This document shows, one piece after another, positions 43,335-46,486 of a stretch of 46,486 bases of DNA (position 1 is the stretch's first letter; each line of letters opens with the position of its first letter). Source of the stretch: a virus; IMG/VR virus record IMGVR_UViG_3300010265_000001; one strand, given 5' to 3'. The translations under genes and the position numbers were made by a program. Under the pieces are notes generated by a model. It ran no database searches. It was given only the letters and a program-made list of their open reading frames with translations, and was not told the DNA's origin.

Positions 43335-43598
43335 ATGCGAACCAAGGAAGCCATCACCGCCGACCTGACGAGTGCAAGGGAAAGGCTAACCCTCTACCTG
43401 AAACGCGAAGCGGAAATGCTCAGCGGCGGCGTCCAAAGCTATGGCATCGGATCCAGAAACCTGACGAGGTACAACACCGACCTCGCAGCGATCCGGGACA
43501 CTATCAAAGAATTAAAACAAGAAATCGCAGAGCTCGAGGCAGAACTCGCCGGCGGCAAACCACGCCGAGCAGTCGGCGTCGTTCCCAGAGACTGGTAA
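43335..43598 (+). CDS. gpW-like head-tail joining protein
   Basis: 87 aa between terL and the portal gene, as in lambda. ...YGIGSRNLTRYNLAAIRDTIKEL pattern. ATG sits 8 nt after aaggaggtg. Confidence 0.7.
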   Translation: MRTKEAITADLTSARERLTLYLKREAEMLSGGVQSYGIGSRNLTRYNTDLAAIRDTIKELKQEIAELEAELAGGKPRRAVGVVPRDW

Positions 43599-43687
43599 AA
43601 CTGGTTAAACGCCCTCCCCGGGGCTTTAACATATAGCGGGGCCGGGAGAGTTTTGCTCCTTTCTCTCCCTTCCCTGCTCAAATATTT

Positions 43688-45322
43688 TTGAAGGAGGTGA
43701 GCACCATCGAACAAATAGCAAAGCCAAACGCAAAAGCGGCAGCTCGGCCAATAAATAAGGGCTACGGGGAAGCTGGTGCCAGCTGGCAAAGGAAATCGCT
43801 CAAAGGTTTTAACGCGCCAAGCGGCAGCCCTCACGAGGACATCGACCAGAACAACTTCACCCTCCGGCAGCGAGCTCGTATGCTTTATATGGCCGCACCG
43901 ATCGCAACCAGCGCCATCAATACCAACCGCACAAATGTCATCGGCATCGGCCTGAAACCGAAAAGCAGGATCGACCGCGAACGACTGGGACTATCTCCTG
44001 AAGAAGCAGAGGCATGGCAGAAAAAGACCGAGGCTGAATTTGCTCTATGGGCTACGCGCAAGCACGCCTGCGATGCCACCGGCATCAATGACTTCTATGC
44101 CATGCAGCAGCTCGCACTTGTTTCGTGGCTGACCAGTGGCGACGTCTTTGCGTTATTCAAGCAATACCCCGTCACCCCACTCGAACCGTATAGCCTGCGG
44201 ATCCACCTCATTGAGGCCGATCGTGTGGCCACTCCGGACTATGCCGGAGCCATGGGCCCGATCAACACGTTCGGCAAGACCAAGGACGGGAACCGAATAT
44301 ATGACGGCGTTGAGGTAGACAAAGACGGCAGGATCGTGGCCTATCATATCCGGAACACATACCCCCTCCAGTATAGCTCAGAGCCTACCGAGTGGAAGCG
44401 CGTGCTGGCATATGGAGAGCTGACAGGACTGCCGAACATCGTGCATGTCATGAGTTCAGAGCGCCCGGATCAATATCGTGGCGTCAGTTATCTCGCGCAG
44501 GTGATTGAACCTCTGCTACAACTCAGGAGGTATACAGAGAGCGAACTGACGGCGGCAGTCGTCGAGAGCTTTTTTACTGCCTTCATAAAAACAGAGTCAA
44601 ACCCGGCAGATATGCCGTTCAATGAGGTCGGCGGCGATACAGAGGAAGTATCAACGGATCCCAATGAGTACGAAATGGGCCCGGGCCAGATCAACATCAT
44701 GAAACCGGGCGAGGATGTCACCTTTGCAGATCCTAAGAGACCGTCCAGCGGCTTCGATGCCTTCACCCGTGCTATATGCGAGCAAGTGGGCGCAGCTCTG
44801 GAAATACCGGCCGACCTATTACTCAAGGCGTTCAATGCAAGCTACTCGGCAAGCAGGGCCGCACTGCTGGAAGCATGGAAGGCGTTCAAGATGCGCCGCG
44901 AATGGTTCGCGAATGACTTCTGCCGCCCCATCTACGAGGTATGGATGGCCGAAGCGGTGGCCCGTGGCCGAATAATTGCCCCCGGCTTTTTCTCTGATCC
45001 GGGGATCCGTGCTGCATGGCTCGGATGCGAATGGATCGGCCCAAGCCAAGGACAGCTCGATCCGGTCAAGGAAATCACGGCCGAGATCCTCGCAGTCGGC
45101 GAAGGCTTCACAACTCGAGAACAGTCAACCATCAGGCTCAACGGCGGCCAATGGGAGGCAAACATCGAGCAGCTCGCACGAGAAAACGCCAAACTCGCGG
45201 AGGCGAATGGCATCATGGAAGGCGGTGGCACACAGCTCACCAACGCCGTCAAAGCCGTAATACTCGAAGCGATAAAGGAAGGTGATGACAATGGAAAAAA
45301 GAAAAACGCTCCGGATGATTAA
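43688..45322 (+). CDS. Portal protein (lambda gpB family)
   Basis: About 540 aa. The pattern ...NFTLRQRARMLYMAAPIATSAINT..., its position and its size fit Phage_portal_2. The start codon is uncertain (see findings). Confidence 0.85.
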   Translation: MKEVSTIEQIAKPNAKAAARPINKGYGEAGASWQRKSLKGFNAPSGSPHEDIDQNNFTLRQRARMLYMAAPIATSAINTNRTNVIGIGLKPKSRIDRERLGLSPEEAEAWQKKTEAEFALWATRKHACDATGINDFYAMQQLALVSWLTSGDVFALFKQYPVTPLEPYSLRIHLIEADRVATPDYAGAMGPINTFGKTKDGNRIYDGVEVDKDGRIVAYHIRNTYPLQYSSEPTEWKRVLAYGELTGLPNIVHVMSSERPDQYRGVSYLAQVIEPLLQLRRYTESELTAAVVESFFTAFIKTESNPADMPFNEVGGDTEEVSTDPNEYEMGPGQINIMKPGEDVTFADPKRPSSGFDAFTRAICEQVGAALEIPADLLLKAFNASYSASRAALLEAWKAFKMRREWFANDFCRPIYEVWMAEAVARGRIIAPGFFSDPGIRAAWLGCEWIGPSQGQLDPVKEITAEILAVGEGFTTREQSTIRLNGGQWEANIEQLARENAKLAEANGIMEGGGTQLTNAVKAVILEAIKEGDDNGKKKNAPDD

Positions 45323-46486
45323 CGGAGCACAGGCGGCCCCGGCTACCGCGCCAAAGTTCTGGAATATCGCGTCCGTGTCCGACGACGAGGGCGAGATCAC
45401 CCTTTACGGCGAAATAATGAGCAGCCAGCCGACAGACTGGTGGACTGGTGAACCACTGCCCGGACTGTATATCACCCCCGAGGGCTTCCTTGAAGATCTG
45501 GAAGTCGTCAAGGGGAAAAGCAAGATCACCATCAAGCTCAACAGTGTGGGCGGCGATCTTTACACCGGCATCGCAATTCACAACGCCATCAAGGGCCTCA
45601 CAGGAACCAAGAAGGTCATCGTCGAGGGCATCGCGGCCAGCGCTGCCAGCGTTATTATGTGCAGCGGCGACGAGGTGGCGGTATATCCCGGCAGCCTTGT
45701 GATGATCCACGGAGTCAGCGGCCTGTTTTATGATTATTACAACATAACCGAGCTCAAGCAGATCATCAAGGGCTTCGACGCAGCTGAAAGGGCCATCGCT
45801 GAGATTTACTCAGCAAAGACCGGCACCGACGTGGAAACCCTTCGTTCCATGATGACAAAGGAGACATGGATGACGGGCAAAGAAGCGATCGAGAAGGGCT
45901 TCGCCGACACATTACTGGAAGGCTCAGGCCCTCAAATGGTCATGAGTGCAGACAAGACCGTACTGCTTGTCAATGGCATAAAGCACAACATCAAAGGGCT
46001 GCACAATATTCCCGGAAATATCCCGGTAAAAAGCATTTCATCCGCAGCGCCTAAAGGCTCCGCGGCTGGAATAGAAAAACCAAAATCCAATGAAGGAGGC
46101 AAGAAAACCATGACACTCGAAGAATTAAGACAGCAGCATCCTGAGCTCGTCGCTCAAATTGAAGCGGCCGCAAGGGAAGCAGCTACAGCCGAGGCCATCG
46201 CAGCCGAAAGAGCTCGCATTAAGGAAATCGAGAGCATCGAGGCAGCGGTCGGCGATCCCCAGCTCGTGGCTGAGGCCAAATATGGCGAGAAGCCTTGCAC
46301 AGCAGCAGAGCTCTCCCTGAAGGCTTTACAGAAGCAGGCCCAGCTCGGCAAACAGCACCTTGACAACTCTGCAAAGGACTACAAAGCATCCGGAGCAGAA
46401 GGTGTCGGTGCAGCTCCCAACTCAGGGAACCAAGACGACGAACTCGACGTTGCTCAACAGGTGAGCGCGATCGTGGACGTCTACAA
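45315..46486 (+). CDS. ClpP-like prohead protease fused to a scaffold domain (gpC-like). Runs off the window end and finishes at 149-151.
   Basis: Translated by hand: MINGAQAAPATAPKFWNIASV...LNSVGGDLYTGIAIHNAI...GIAASAASVIMCSG...VMIHG, a ClpP-type Ser/His context. A coiled-coil C-terminus follows. It is missing from the ORF track because there is no stop inside the window. Confidence 0.8.
   Translation, partial: MINGAQAAPATAPKFWNIASVSDDEGEITLYGEIMSSQPTDWWTGEPLPGLYITPEGFLEDLEVVKGKSKITIKLNSVGGDLYTGIAIHNAIKGLTGTKKVIVEGIAASAASVIMCSGDEVAVYPGSLVMIHGVSGLFYDYYNITELKQIIKGFDAAERAIAEIYSAKTGTDVETLRSMMTKETWMTGKEAIEKGFADTLLEGSGPQMVMSADKTVLLVNGIKHNIKGLHNIPGNIPVKSISSAAPKGSAAGIEKPKSNEGGKKTMTLEELRQQHPELVAQIEAAAREAATAEAIAAERARIKEIESIEAAVGDPQLVAEAKYGEKPCTAAELSLKALQKQAQLGKQHLDNSAKDYKASGAEGVGAAPNSGNQDDELDVAQQVSAIVDVY
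46364..46486. repeat. Terminal direct repeat, identical to 1-123
   Basis: See the first feature. Confidence 0.95.

Noticed and set aside
43603-43629. Hairpin gttaaacgccctccccggggctttaac after the gpW-like gene
   Set aside because: The stem needs a bulge, and no T-tract follows. It is unlikely to be a terminator in the middle of the head operon.
1-46486. Search for tRNA, rRNA, CRISPR arrays or transposase/IS elements
   Set aside because: Nothing was recognised by eye. No cloverleaf-like GC-rich 70-90-nt gaps were seen, and every intergenic region is short or otherwise explained. A tRNAscan run would be needed to confirm this.

Overview
The window is one complete temperate phage genome. Bases 1-123 are repeated exactly at 46364-46486, so the unit length is 46,363 bp and the contig is either an assembly-closed circle or terminally redundant. 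About 75 tightly packed genes, most with AGGAGG-type RBSs and many with ATGA/TAATG coupling, lie almost entirely on the + strand. Only the lysogeny operon is on the - strand: a CI-like repressor, a DUF4236/TM2 membrane protein and a large serine integrase.

Gene order:
- The prohead protease/scaffold gene is split by the window ends. It is followed by lambda-like head genes (decoration protein D-like, major capsid E-like).
- A P2/Mu-like contractile tail and baseplate follow: sheath, tube, frameshifted chaperone, tape measure, and X/D/V/W/J/I-like proteins.
- Four small ORFs lead into a diversity-generating retroelement (DGR), made up of a C-type-lectin/FGE-fold target gene with VR1, avd, the TR, a spacer RNA and the reverse transcriptase.
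- Next come the lysis cassette (LL-H holin, amidase-glucosaminidase-SPOR endolysin), the lysogeny module and a three-operator switch.
- The early region carries Cro-like, Gam, ERF, SSB, an iteron-containing replication organiser, DnaC-like, RecU, two methyltransferases, MazG-like, Gp37/Gp68 and a TopoVI-A-like protein.
- The genome closes with a late regulator and lambda-like packaging genes (Nu1-like TerS, GpA-like TerL, gpW, lambda-family portal).

The most notable result is that the single TR matches two variable regions. VR1 is in the tail-distal receptor-binding-type gene. VR2 is a remote copy in a full-length paralogue embedded in the early/replication region, overlapping the start of a DnaQ-like exonuclease gene. 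Both VRs are followed by a conserved roughly 50-nt DNA element with four phased ATCTG repeats that the TR lacks. The host is inferred to be a fairly GC-rich Gram-positive bacterium, probably Clostridia-like. All protein-family calls come from motif recognition by eye, not from database searches.
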